This document shows, in pieces, positions 46,731 to 60,300 of a DNA stretch of 64,000 bases; position 1 is the first letter of the stretch, and every line of letters begins with the position of its first letter. Below the pieces are notes generated by a model. It worked only from the letters and a program-made list of their open reading frames with translations, ran no database searches and had not been told where the DNA came from. The stretch spans positions 4,650,001 to 4,714,000 of the forward strand of contig JBHGNT010000007.1 in assembly GCA_043228905.1 (NCBI GenBank), written 5' to 3'. Source of the DNA: Azolla caroliniana (taxonomy: Eukaryota; Plantae; Polypodiophyta). The position numbers and the translations under genes were made by a program.

Positions 46731-47643
46731 ATAAGAAGTATATAATAGAGAGGTGAGGAAGTTGGGTATCGAACCCATAATGCAATGCTTGTAGTGATAA
46801 TTACGATAATAATAATAATAATAAAAAGAAAAAAAGAAGATTAATGATTCATTTATTTTGCTCAAAGAAATGTGAACAAAATAATCATGCCAGAAAGTGT
46901 TGACGAAAATAATAATAAAAAGGTCAATTTAGATGTGAAATTGAAATTTTGTGGAGCTATTTGTGTTATGTCAAGAATGCTCAACACAATTGTGCATTTT
47001 TTATGGCCAATGAAGAAGTTTGGTGAGGTATGGAAGGTCAATGTATTGTTTTTGCGCATGTTGTGGGAAAAAATGTAAATCCTAATCTAATGTGGAGCAA
47101 ACAATTAAAATGCAAGATCTTAAGCTAAAATCATGAAGATTTATAATATGATCGCCTTACCGTGCAATGTGCAAAAAAACAGGCTTTTACGCACTACCAC
47201 CTCAGATTTAAATACAATCCTTTGAACCAACAACAACAAACACTTTTAGGGATGCCCGAAATATTTTATATATATGATGTATCACCACATAATGTCGTCA
47301 TAGTAAGCCATCACTTTGCCAGCCCAGACAAATTTCTCGAACATGAATAGACAATTTACATATACCTATATCGGAAACATTTGTCATGCAAACTAATTGA
47401 AACGATCCGGGAATGATGATCCAAGCCCGAGGCCGAAATCAGGTTGGGGAAGATCGTAGAAAGAAGGGGTTTTTGTTTTCTTTAGCTTCCCCAGGATCGG
47501 GTGTCAGAAGGTGAGTGAGAGACAGGACAAGGCGAATACTGGAACCAGGAGGGGCCCCGTAACGGGGAGCAAGTGGCCAATTGAGACAATGAGAAAAAAC
47601 AAAAAAGGCGGCCGACCTGTCATCCATCAATCATACGCAAGAA

Positions 47644-47659
47644 CACGTGCACGCACGTG
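47644..47659. promoter_or_regulatory. Paired G-boxes upstream of DEG7
   Basis: CACGTG at 47644 and 47654, 10 bp apart (about one helical turn) and about 750 bp upstream of the ATG. Function is untested. Confidence 0.35.
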
Positions 47660-48279
47660 ACCCGGGTTTTATCTTGTGTGTGTGTGTGTGTTTTGGATCT
47701 TCTCTCGTATTTTCTTTGAAAAAAAAGGTTAAGAAATCCAGAGTCTAGTACGTAATATACTCGAATGCATTGGCAAACATTCATTTATTTCATACGAATG
47801 AAAAAGAATGCGTATGTTATCAAAACATTCGTATGTTTAAAAAAAAAACACTTTTTTACCTTAAAATAAATAATTTACCTTACAATAAATAATGAATACA
47901 AAAGTATGGTATTTACCATACGTCGAGGGTGTTTACCATACACGAAATGTTTGAAAAAACATTCGCGAATGAGAAAAGGCGCGTATGGTTCATACTATTG
48001 ATTCCAGAAAAGAGAAGGGGGGAATCAGCGTTTCGCCGTTTCTGAGCCGCGCGATTCCGTTTCGCTCCGTTTCCGATCGCGTTTCTTCTAATGCGCAGAC
48101 AGAGAGACAGACAGAGACACAGAGATCAAACAGAACGTTTCTTCACAGAGCAAAGGAGAGAGCCAGCGTTTCTTCTGTCGAAGAAGCCGTTTCCTCTCCC
48201 CCCCCCCTTCCTCCCCATAGGCAGAGCGTTTCTTCTGTTGCAGGTAACTTCTCTTCTCTCAGACACAGAGACAGACACA

Positions 48280-48318
<39 letters not shown>

Positions 48319-48399
48319 TTGTCTGATTTCTTCTTCCCTTTTCTCCCCCATTTCCTTCCTCATCTTCTTGTCTGATCTTGACGTAATGCGGCAGCTCCG

Positions 48400-51300
48400 A
48401 TGGATCCTTTAAACCCTGCCCCTGCCCCTTCAGAGAAGAAAACCATGGGGGTGGAGATTCTCGAAGAAGAAGAAGACGTGTCCGGATTGCGCGCAGGGTC
48501 TGCTACTGCGGAGAACTGGAGGATAGCTCTTGGCCGTGTCGTATCTTCTGTCGTGGTCATCAAATCGACAGTCACTAGATCCTTTGACACTGAGCCTGCT
48601 GGATCTATCCATGCCACTGGATTTATCGTGGATAAACGTCTTGGCATCATCCTCACCAATCGTCATGTTGTAAAACCAGGTAAGGAGATTTCTTCTTCTT
48701 CTTCTTCTTCTTCTCTCCCTCTCTCTCAATTTATCTCCCATTTTTGCTCGACCTGAGATTCTTAGAAATCCTCACATTCCTCAGGATTTTGTTTTTCCTT
48801 GAAATTCCCACATTTTCAATTCCAGGAACAATCACATTCTAACATATGTTTTCTGTTCATAAATCTTCGTACGATTGTAAATATGAGAAACATCAGGTAC
48901 AGCGTCTCTTTTCCAAAATTTCACATTCAGCTCTTCTTGTGTTTCTGTTTGATCAGAGAAGTCTACAAATAAATTGTCATGCTCCTTAAATTTTGTTGGT
49001 CTATAACTCCCACGTTTGTAGACTGTTGGTTAAAAGTTCTCACATTTGTTTCCTTAAACTGCTCACAAGAAAATACCATATCCTCACATGTGTTCTCTTT
49101 CAAATTCTCAAATTTCTGCTCAAGGAAACATCAGATTCTCATATGGGTTTGCTTAAGCGCCAACATTTGTGGCTTAGGGAAATATCACATCTCGCATTGT
49201 TTTGCATGACCTTCTTACAATTGTTTCTAAATTCACATGTTTGTGCTTTAAGTTGGAAATCTATTTTTGCATTGTTTTCTTACGACTCCCAAAATTGTGT
49301 ATAAACTCCTGCTTTTGGATTCAAAACGACACATTAGTGCTTAATTTTGATTAGGAGTAGCAGGAAATGATCGCATTTTGATTTTAATACCTTTTAAACC
49401 AAGGCTTCCTGAATGACAACAAATTGTGCTAGAGCTTCATGTATCAGATCAAGGTACTGTTTACACTAGCTGCAAGATGCTCGCATTTTTATCGAATTCC
49501 TCAGAAATGTTGCGATGCCAAGTTAATTTTGAAAGGCTTACTGAAAAGTGAAAAACCTACAAACCCTCATTTCTCAGGGGGTTCATGTTAATCAAAGTTT
49601 TACCATGTTTAGCCATCTCAATCAAAATAACCCTTTCATGACAAGCTATTGGGGACAATCTCGAATTGTTTGGATCATGACAGCAAAAATAACATTCAAG
49701 TGCCAAGCTGTCTCCACTTTTCTCCCCAAAGAACTTCTGTGAAGCAAAAATGTCCACTTGGCTCTTAAGGCTGAGAAAAGCTGTGTATTTTTCTTAGTTG
49801 TATTTTCCCTTTAATTATCTCACAATTATATATTCAGATTATAAAAATCAGTTTGCAACTCATAAATATTGAGATAATCTGCATAATGTTGTCAATATTT
49901 GATCCTGATTAGACTCAATTTGAGGAATGTTTGCACAAGAAAGTTAGGAAAAAAGACCATGGACATTAACAATGAGCATGTCTCTGCTTCTGCAATGTCT
50001 CGAACCTCTGATAGCTTAAAATTTACCTATATTCCAAAAACAGAGCTTCCTATCTCTGTCACAACTCACAACCGGGAAATGTGATGACCAACAAATTGAA
50101 AATTCTTGTTTTTCCTATAGAATGTGATACACAACATATGGATACACACTGGGCTGCCCAAACTTTATGAAGGCCCAATCTTTCATCTGAATGCAGTCAA
50201 TTCAATGCAAGTTTTATGTGGGAATGTAATAATTCTGATGTCTATACCTAAAACTTGCTTCACAATTGTATCTTACCTTTCCACCTATGCTAACTTGACA
50301 ACCATTCATACTCTGACAAAGCCATATTTTAAGCCTGAATTTCATTGTACTTCACATTTCCAAGGTCTTTAATGTATAAATTTTAAAATAAAGCCAATAT
50401 CTCATACTCTTGACACTTGATGTTCTGTAAATTGTAATGTTAATCAGCACGATAAACTTAGATCCCCTCACCATAAATTCAAGAAAAGTTTGAGCTGAGT
50501 ACTACATCACATGAAGGACGCCCTATTTGAGTGCTGCACAACTCTCCTAATAGGGAATCCTTTGATGGATGTCTGTGAAAAAGTGAATTTATTACTTTTG
50601 ATTTGACTAGGAGACCATTTTCTTTTTTCTTATTGATGTTTTGTTCATCCATTTCATCTTAAGCCATGATGTAAACTTGATTTATCACTTCTTTAATAGC
50701 CATCGATACCTGTATTTAGACAAGAATGTATGCAGGTTAAAAACTGATAATCTGGCACTTCAGATTATGAACTTTACATTTCAATAGCTTATTTATGTAT
50801 TTGGATGGGGATCTATGCAGGTTAAAGTTGATAATGTAGACATTCAGGAGGTAAAAATAGCATCATAGCTCTCAAAGTTTACATGTGTTTACTGATAAAC
50901 CCTTTTGCATAAAATTATACGTTGAACAGTTGTATGTACTGAAGAACGTGATAGATGTTTCTGCAATTTGAATGATTCCTGTCAAGCATTATTACAATGT
51001 AGGGAATGAATGTTTCGTGTTTATATGAATAATTTCAATAAAGGTCTTGAAAGCTGTTTTAGAATTTATGCGTTTTCAACACTATATTACTAGTTGACGG
51101 TGGCTTAATTGCATAATCTTGGTAATCTGCAGGACCTGTTGTTGCTGAAGCTATGTTTCTGAACCGGGAAGAAGTTCCAATCTATCCACTATATCGTGAT
51201 CCTGTGAGACCACCTCCAACTGTTTATTGAACTGGGATTTCTGTTTGTTTGCACAAGTTCCTTATATAAAATAGATGTCTGCGAGGCATTTCCTTGAGAA

Positions 51301-54300
51301 GCATGGAGAAAACCTCATTATCTCTCTTCAGAAAATAGAAAACCTCATTTATATCTGTAATCAATATCATACATGAAGAATGAAGCCGTAAGTATGTTCA
51401 GTGCTATCTATGAAAGGAACTTACAAGCAGTGGAAACAGTTTATCAATGGACACTATCAACATGATTTAGCCTAGCTAATATATTTTGTCAAAGATTAGA
51501 CCTAAATGACTGATATTGCTCCAAATTTGGAACATAGGATTGTACCTGAAACACCTTTTATAAGAAAGCACACAATCATGCTACCATGTAAGGCTATGAT
51601 GAGAGTGTCAGAAATATTTTCTTCTCTTGATGTTAGAACTCATTTTAACAGGTCTCTGAGGTAACTAGCTACTTAGTGCATATCTGCTAATTAGTTTGTA
51701 AAGTTGTAGCTTGTTAGTATTTTATTTCTTCATGTGACAATGCTTTTTAATTGCAAGGATGTTTGAAATTCCCTTTCCTGTGTTTTTTGTAAGAGAACTC
51801 TGTGCTGATAAAGAGAACCTTCTTGCTCATTTCATATAGTATATAATTTTTTATTCAAATAGGGCTATTTCAAGTGGATAGCCTAACTAAGATACATTTG
51901 GGGACCACCACATCTTCATGTGAATATTTTAAAATAATAGCTTCTCCTCGCTTGAATATTGCGTACGACTTTTAGAATCTTTTAAATATATTGCAGACAT
52001 GATAATGGGGGTTCTATAATATTTTCAGGTACATGATTTTGGTTTCTTCCGTTTTGATCCTAATGCTGTGCAATTTATGCAATATGAGGAGATTCCCCTT
52101 GCACCAGAAGCTGCCATAGTTGGTTTAGAGATCAGGGTGGTGGGCAATGATAGTGGAGAAAAGGTTAGTATTATTGAAAATAAACCGATGAAGATTTCAA
52201 GTGGTTTTAGACTATGATCTTAACATCAGACATCATGGTTGTAGATCTCCATTTTGGCTGGTACTTTAGCACGGTTAGATCGTGATGCTCCTCATTATAA
52301 GAAGTAAGCATCTGTAACAGTACTTTGACTGTCTACATGTTCTCTTGTTTCAATGTTTTCTTGATATCTAAATTTCTTCTCCCCTATATTACTGGTTTTC
52401 TCCAATTGACTGAAATCTTGTGATTATGTGAGATTTTTGCTTGAATGATTGATAGTAAGAGTAAGAAGCCTTCATGTTCAATAATCTATTCATTATTGTG
52501 TTTTCCTCTAGACTAGTGATAGCAACTCCATCATCTCTGAGCCATTGTAATAACATCTTCATGCTACGCTATTTATGGAGTTGATAATATTTGATGCTTT
52601 TGAATCTATAAACTAATTTGATGATCATTTCTAAGATCTTATGTGTAACTATGCATTAGGAGTCAATCTCTGGAAGAGAGGAAATCAATTTGCCAGTACT
52701 CGGTCTCTGACCACATGTGCCTTGACAGCGATTGTCTGGATAGGACCTTGGTTTATAAAGACCAAGTTACCTGGGATACCCTATTCATCCTATGGAGGGA
52801 TCTACCTTCAACACTAATATCATAGCGGGCCATGTCCTGAAGTGTACTGGAACAAACTCTCATGGTCTCTGCTAGGACCATCTTTATCTAGTACATGATG
52901 CTTACAAGCCTATATTGGTGGGCTCATTGGGTTTTGGGTTTTAGCTCAGAAGTTTTTGGTTTGGGAGGAGAGATATTACTATTATTTATTTCTCTGCTTA
53001 CAATTTTGTTATGTCAATTCCATGATTAAGATATGTGTTACTGTAACAGAAATCTGACACATTATTTAGGGTAGTATTGGGCTTGGTGGTTGCATTTTAC
53101 ATGAACTCACACAAGTTTTAAATGGATGTTTTATGTGACTTCAGGGATGGATACAATGATTTCAATACGTTCTACATGCAGGTACTTGAAATGCTCAAGT
53201 TCTGAGCCAAAATGTTCTATATACAAGTTTTGAGCCTTTTCCTAATTGTGTATTTTCAAAAATTTGATACGATTCTCAATTTAGGCTGCTTCAGGGACAA
53301 AAGGCGGGTCAAGCGGATCACCTGTTATTGATTGCCAAGGCCGAGCTGTGGGTTTAAATGCTGGAAGCAAATCTTCTAGTGCATCTGCTTTTTTTCTTCC
53401 ATTAGAACGTGTGAGTGTTTTGTTCATACTATTATAGCACTGATAAAATAAGAATGACATTAGGCATAATAATTATTTTTTGCACTCTATACTATCTAGT
53501 TTGGCATGCAGGCTCTTAGATTTAATAGAACACATTCCTACAACTCTGTCAAGGATGAAAATAATTTTATTTTGTCATCTTTGACCATATATTTTTAGTG
53601 TGTTTTTTCAGTTAGATTCAACTCTTTTTTGGTTGAACTGAGACTGAAAAAGCTCATTGAAAACATGTGTTTCACAACCAGACCTTTATATGCAGATTCA
53701 ATACCAGACTGAGAAAGCTCATTGAAAGCATATGTTTCACAACCAGACCTTCAAATGTCTTCATTACAATCTTTGCTTCTCTAAGCGATAATTTTTATGC
53801 TAGAAAGTGATTCAATGCTAGCAACAGCTCTCGTTGATTTTTTATTTATATTAATTTGGTACATAGATTGTCAGGGCATTAACCTGTCTGCAAAGCAGTT
53901 ATAACGATGTTACAAAGAAATGGAATGCTCTGAATATCTCCCGAGGCACACTTCAGGTAGCTCGTCATTCTATTATGTAATTTGCATGGATTGTCTGTTG
54001 AAAGGAATGCATGATGCCGCCCATTAATATGATAATGAATGCACTATATCTCATGCTTTCAATTCTGGTGTTGTTATTTTGTAATTTCTGAACTTTGGCA
54101 TATGTCCAGTAATTTACTGTAAGAAATGTGTTATATTTTTTTCTCGTCATGTGTTTAATTTTAGTTTTTGAAAATGCTAACCCATCCATGTTTAAAAAGA
54201 TGACATTATTGCATAAAGGATTTGATGAAACTCGGCGGCTTGGTTTAAAGAATGAGATTGAGCAGGTAGGTTGGTTTTTCTTTTAACAGAAAATCAAATC

Positions 54301-57300
54301 TGCTGCATTTTATTATCATGACAATGTTACTTATCTCGCATTTCTATAGTTGGTCAGACAAGCCTCACCTGTGGGAGAAACAGGAATGCTCGTTGTGGAT
54401 TCTGTGGTATGTTAGGATTCATTAAAGACTTTACCTCATTCATTGTATTTTCCAGATTGAGATAAGGGATTGACCTTCACAGGTACCTGGAGGCCCTGCT
54501 CATAAATTTCTAGAACCAGGGGATGTTCTTGTGCGTGTTAATGGTGAGGTAAGGTGTCAGTTTTTGACCGTATGTTTGTATTGCTTTATTCGAGTCTTCT
54601 TGAAGGCTTTTTGGAAACCATATTATGATTCTTCAGTAATGTAAAAATAGAATGTTGTCTAAGGGCGTCGTAGGCATATATCATTCTACCCTTAAAAACT
54701 GACCTTGATGCATAAGCAATAGTCCAAGCACTTGAACCAGTATGCATCAGTGGACCGATGGGATGATGAGGTGTATAACTAAAGATGTTCTATATTAAAG
54801 CCTAAAGGGAAGCTTCTTTATTGTGAGCCCCACATGTCAGAGAATAGTTGTTTCCAATCCATTTACTTTCTCAATGTTGTGGTTTTGGTTTATTCCAAGT
54901 TTATCCTAAGTGGACAGTTTGTCTTCATTCAGCATTAAATTAGATCTCACTAGGGTACTGATAGTGTGGACTCGGAGAAATGATTTTGTGGACACAATCG
55001 GATGTAGTATTACAATTTCATTTTCATCAGTTTATTCAAACCACACAATGAAATGGGAAAGAAGATTGTAACACGTATTTACATCTTTGATTAACAAATT
55101 AACTCTAGGATGGACCCTTATGGATTAAATATTTTGACATTTTATAGCTTTCTAAAATATTAATTTCTATTTATTTAGATATCTTATGATGGCCTCTTGT
55201 GGTCCTATTGCTGTAGACCTAACCTACTCATACAGGTTTGAACCAAACCGAACTGTGAAACCACAGCTTAATGGCTTAACTGTTTAAACGGTTCGGTTCG
55301 GTTTCAACCGTTAGAAACCGCGGTTTAAACGGACGGTTTTTTATTTTTAAATTTTTAAAAAATAGTTTTTTAACAATCTTTTCATTTTAGGCCTTATTCT
55401 CACATTTTAGAAAAATCTTTACAATTTTGAAAAAATAAAATAATGAAACATTTTAAATTTTAAAATTTGAATTTTGACCTAAGTTGAAACTGAAACCGAA
55501 CCACGAAACCGTGATTTTAACGGTTTGAATTTTTTTTAATGGTTTTGTGGTTCGGTTCGGTTCAGGTTTCAAAATTTTTAAGCGGTTCTGTTTTGAACCT
55601 CTCAAACCGAACCGTTGCCGATTGTTAATCAATGTAGTGATGAGGTGATTGAGCTTCATTATTACATCCTTTCATGATCCCTGATCCACATCTTCTGGTA
55701 GTGAGTCAGAAGGGGATCCGAGAAACAATATATATATGTTACTTGGCACACCTGGCAAATGAGTCAGTTACTGTCACTGGAGTATCCAATGCAATTGTAA
55801 TTGCAAAGTGTTCACAAATGGTACGTACAAATACAATAACTAGAGTATGTTAAATCATCAGTCAATGCTGAATAAACCACTGTAGGGGAGTGGTACTGCC
55901 AAGCAATGTCTACAAAGGATAAGTCAAAGATAATGCAAGATTCCTGCCCAGGAAAGCCTGTCTTCATTCCTCTGCTGTGTTTGATCAATGATAATCAGGT
56001 CGAAGCTTCCCACTGACTCAAGGTGTAAATGGTTCACAACCTAGTCTCACCACAGAATGCGACTGGTTTTAGAGAAAATAAGATGCTATGAGGTAATACC
56101 AGCAACTATAAAGAAAATAATGTGTCCATGATAACGGTCTGTCTTCTCAGAAGGCAACATATTCGAGGTGCCTCTAGATTATGTGGTAGTGGCGAGCATG
56201 AAGACCAGGTCTGAAGAAACTTCCTAATATAATAACTGCAGGCCCAATTTGTGCTGCAACCAGAGAACTGCTATGAGAGATATATCCAGTGTGCAAGCCA
56301 GCATGCAACACCAATAGACTAGCAGCACACCACTCTTCATGAGCATGTGAAAAGAGTCATAAGCAATTAACCGGTGGATATGCCACAAGATCCTCACACA
56401 TGTGACAAGTGGGATCATGGTTCAATCTGGCTGTTCTTTGTTCCCGCCTCTAAGCTTGCATGCAGTGTTTCTCACTGTCCGGTGACTGATATCAAGAGAT
56501 CAAATGTAGGTTCAAAAAGTATAAGAAATCCATGATTACCTCCAGCATACAACCAATCTCAAAATTGTGTTTATTTTGGTTGTTGCATCAGCTCATTGTC
56601 AAGTCGGTTTGTTCTACAGCAGAAATTTGTGAAGCGTGAAATTGATAATGTAGGAATAGAGTAATAATTTATTGGAAATTCTGTAAACTTCTGCCATGAG
56701 AGAGCACTTGCTTGAAATTTAACTCAAATACACAGTTTATGCATTCCTGAAATTTCAAGAGATTCCGTCATTTATAAAACCGTATCCAAAGTTTTTCTAT
56801 GGTTCAAAGAATGGGGTTGACAATTCAACCTGGATTATATATCATTTACTGTTGCCAACCTATTGCTAAATACCATGAGGCAAAGGTTGGACATAATGTT
56901 TCTCTGAATACATTGTTTACCGTTTAGATAATCAAAATGTGTAGTGTTATGTGGGAATTATTGAACCTGGATTATATCATTTACTGTTGCCAACCTATTG
57001 TTAAATACCATGGGGCAAAGGTTGGACATAATGTTTCTCTGAATACATTGTTTACTGTTTATGCAATCAAAATGTGTATAGTGTTATATAGTGCTTCAAT
57101 GCTGATTCTGTAGTATCTTTCCTTGTAGATTATAACGCAATTCCTGCGTTTGGAAACCTTGCTAGATGATAACGTTGGGCAAGAAATTGTCATGGAAGTA
57201 GAAAGAGGTGGTCAGACAGTGGAAACCACATTAGAGGTATGCTTTATGTATTTTTGTTTGAAGGTAAAGCTAGGCATGGTTGGTTCACCTCTAAATCGTT

Positions 57301-60300
57301 TGCTACTGAAATAGATTCAAGATTTGCATTCTATCACACCAGATTACTTTTTGGGAGTAAGCGGAGGTGTAATTCATCCTTTATCATATCAACAGGTGTT
57401 ATCCTAACCAGTTTATAACACTTTGATCATTTTCTATGTGAGCTAAGACGCACATCTATATTGCTGTTTTTAGTTTCAATTTTGGATTCTCCATAAAGCA
57501 CCTTTAAACTGAATTACTGAAATTTGGTTGCAGAAAGTGACAAACTACCTGCAAAGGCACTAAGTTGTCAGCTTGTAGTTGACTGCTATAAGGAATGCTC
57601 AGTTATTTAGGTTATGGACAAAAACTTAGTAACTTGCAGGAGTACACGATTTGAACAGAAGAATCTATACTCTAAAATAGAATCATGTCTTAAGATTCCT
57701 GTCTCAACTGACTGATTACAAGATTCATAGAGATCCTTCCTTTTTTCTGAACTGAGTATCTTGCAGGAGTAAATGACTCAATTAAAAGAATCTTTTGCAT
57801 AAAACTAGCTTTCATCTTCCAATTGACAAGTCACTATCCAATTAGAGAGATAGCAAATAAACATGCTTTATTGAAGTTGCAATTGCACATTTGATAAAAC
57901 GATCGCTGGCTGTATGTAATTTTGTTTGTATATAAATATTTGCTAACCATTATGAAATTTTGTTTATGTATGTTTTCAGGCCCGTAATTTTCGGTTTAGA
58001 TGTGGCTTGGTATATGTTGCTGAACCAGGGTAAGTGTAAAAGGCAATTCGGATCATGTTTTTGTTCTTTCCCTTACAATGTGAGATAAATACTTTCAGCT
58101 ATGAATTTGTGCTTTCCATTGTCAAAGCTACCAATTGGAAAGTTGATTACTTCCTCAGAATATTTGATATGTGTAAGCTTCTACTGGCTGTTCTTAATAC
58201 CTTTTTTCCTTTCCTTTCCCCAATTGTTGTGGATAGATATATGCTTTCAAGAGCAGGGGTTCCAAGACATTCAATCATCAAAAAATTTGCTGGAGAGGAT
58301 ATTTCAGATGTCAATCATTTTCTTTCAGTTCTTTCAAAACTTTCTCGAGGAATTCGTGTGCCTCTAGAATTCATCACATACACTGATCGACACAGAAATA
58401 AGGTGTAATCTAAGACTTGCATGCATGTAACATTTTTTATAATCTTCTCCTATTGCATAGAGTTTCAAAGTTACTAATTTCCATTTCCTAGAAAGTACTG
58501 ACATTTTAAACATTTAATACCAACGAATAGTTTTTAATTTTCTATTCAGTAACAAAGAAATAGTTTTTTCTTCAATCTGGCTTATATTTTATGTGTTCTG
58601 CTACTAAAGTATATGCTAACTAATCAAGATAATAATAATAAAAGGTGTTGAAGCCTTGATTTGGATACAAGGCTGAATTGCATATCTCCCATGAAAAGAT
58701 AAATAGAGAGAAGAACCCCTTGCATGCACCGACTAGTTTAACTACTCTATTCATCCCCAAACATATGCTTCTGTGTTTTAGTTCTGATTGAGTCAAAAAC
58801 ATGTTTTGGGTGGTCAGTTCTGATCTAAATAGTGTATCATTGGTTGGTTGATGTACCTATTTCATGTTCATCATAACTAAATGTTTGGAAACCTTTTTCG
58901 TATATTTGCAATGACAAAGCAGAAGCTCTTATCTATAATAATTCAAGGGTTATTGACTTGTACTGCCATCGGTTTATAACATTTTCTGTGTTTCTGGCAG
59001 TCCAAATTAGTGACCATTGACAGGCATGAATGGTATGCTCCACCCCAATGGTACAGACGTGAAGATGCTGCTGGTATTTGGCAGATAGAAAATGCAGCTC
59101 TGAGCAGCATCTTGTATTCATCAATTACAGCTGTCCATTCTAAAGAACATGATGTGTCTGCTCATCCGATCAACTTAAATAGGGAAGAAGCTTGTGTAGA
59201 TTCTCCAGTGACAAATGGAAGAGATGAGGAAATTGAATCTGTGTCAAGTCATGATGAATCTCGTATTGTTGGAGTTCCACCTATTGAATGTGATCAAATA
59301 GCTGCTGATACTCTAGGACGAAGTGATTCCAAGCGCAGACGTGTTCTAGAAAAAAGCTCCGATGATACTTTTGTGACATCTGATTGTAAGGTGGAGAACA
59401 TCGAGCCCATTACTGATGATAATCTTGCTATAGATCATGAAGAAGGTGTTGGCATAAGGATGAATACTTCTGTCGAGAATGTCATGGAAACAGCACTTGT
59501 GATGTTTGAGGTACATTGATAGGTTTGTTGCCTCAGTCGTATTCTTCAGCAGTAGGTCTTATTTTCTGGTTTCTTGGTGGTTTTGCAGGTTCATATACCT
59601 CCCTCTGCAATGTTAGATGGTGTTCATGCACAGAATTTCTATGGGACAGGGGTCATTGTTCATCATTCACCAAACATAGGACTAGTGGCAGTGGACAGGA
59701 ACACTGTACCTATTTCAGTATCAGATGTGATGCTTTCTTTTGCTGCTTACCCTGTGGAGATTCCTGCTGAGGTATGTTTACCAAAATACGCTGGACAGTT
59801 AGTTTCTTTCACAGGTCATGATCTACTGTGTTGAATAACCAGGTGGTATTCCTTCATCCTGTGCATAATTATGCTCTTGTAGCATATAATCCTGGTGCTT
59901 TGGAAACAGCTGGTGCAGCTGCTTTGTCTGCAGCTGTTCTTCTTCCTGGTAACAGATTTACTGTAAAAACTTGACATATTTGATCTCTAATGCATGATGC
60001 AGCAACTTTTACTTTTTATCATAACAGATCCTCCTCTTCAAAGAGGTGATAGTGTTCACTTGGTTGGATTAAGCCGAAGTCTGCAAGTGACATCAAGAAA
60101 ATCCATGGTGACAAACCCAGGAGCAGCCTTAAACGTTGGCTATTCTGATTGTCCACGATACCGTGCCATGAATATGGAAGTTATAGAAATAGACACAGGT
60201 TCTTTTGCAGCACATGATCTAATATAATGTGCAAATTTGTATGTTACATACAATCATTTTTCTATCATATACTTTGCAGACTTTGGACATGCTTTCTCGG

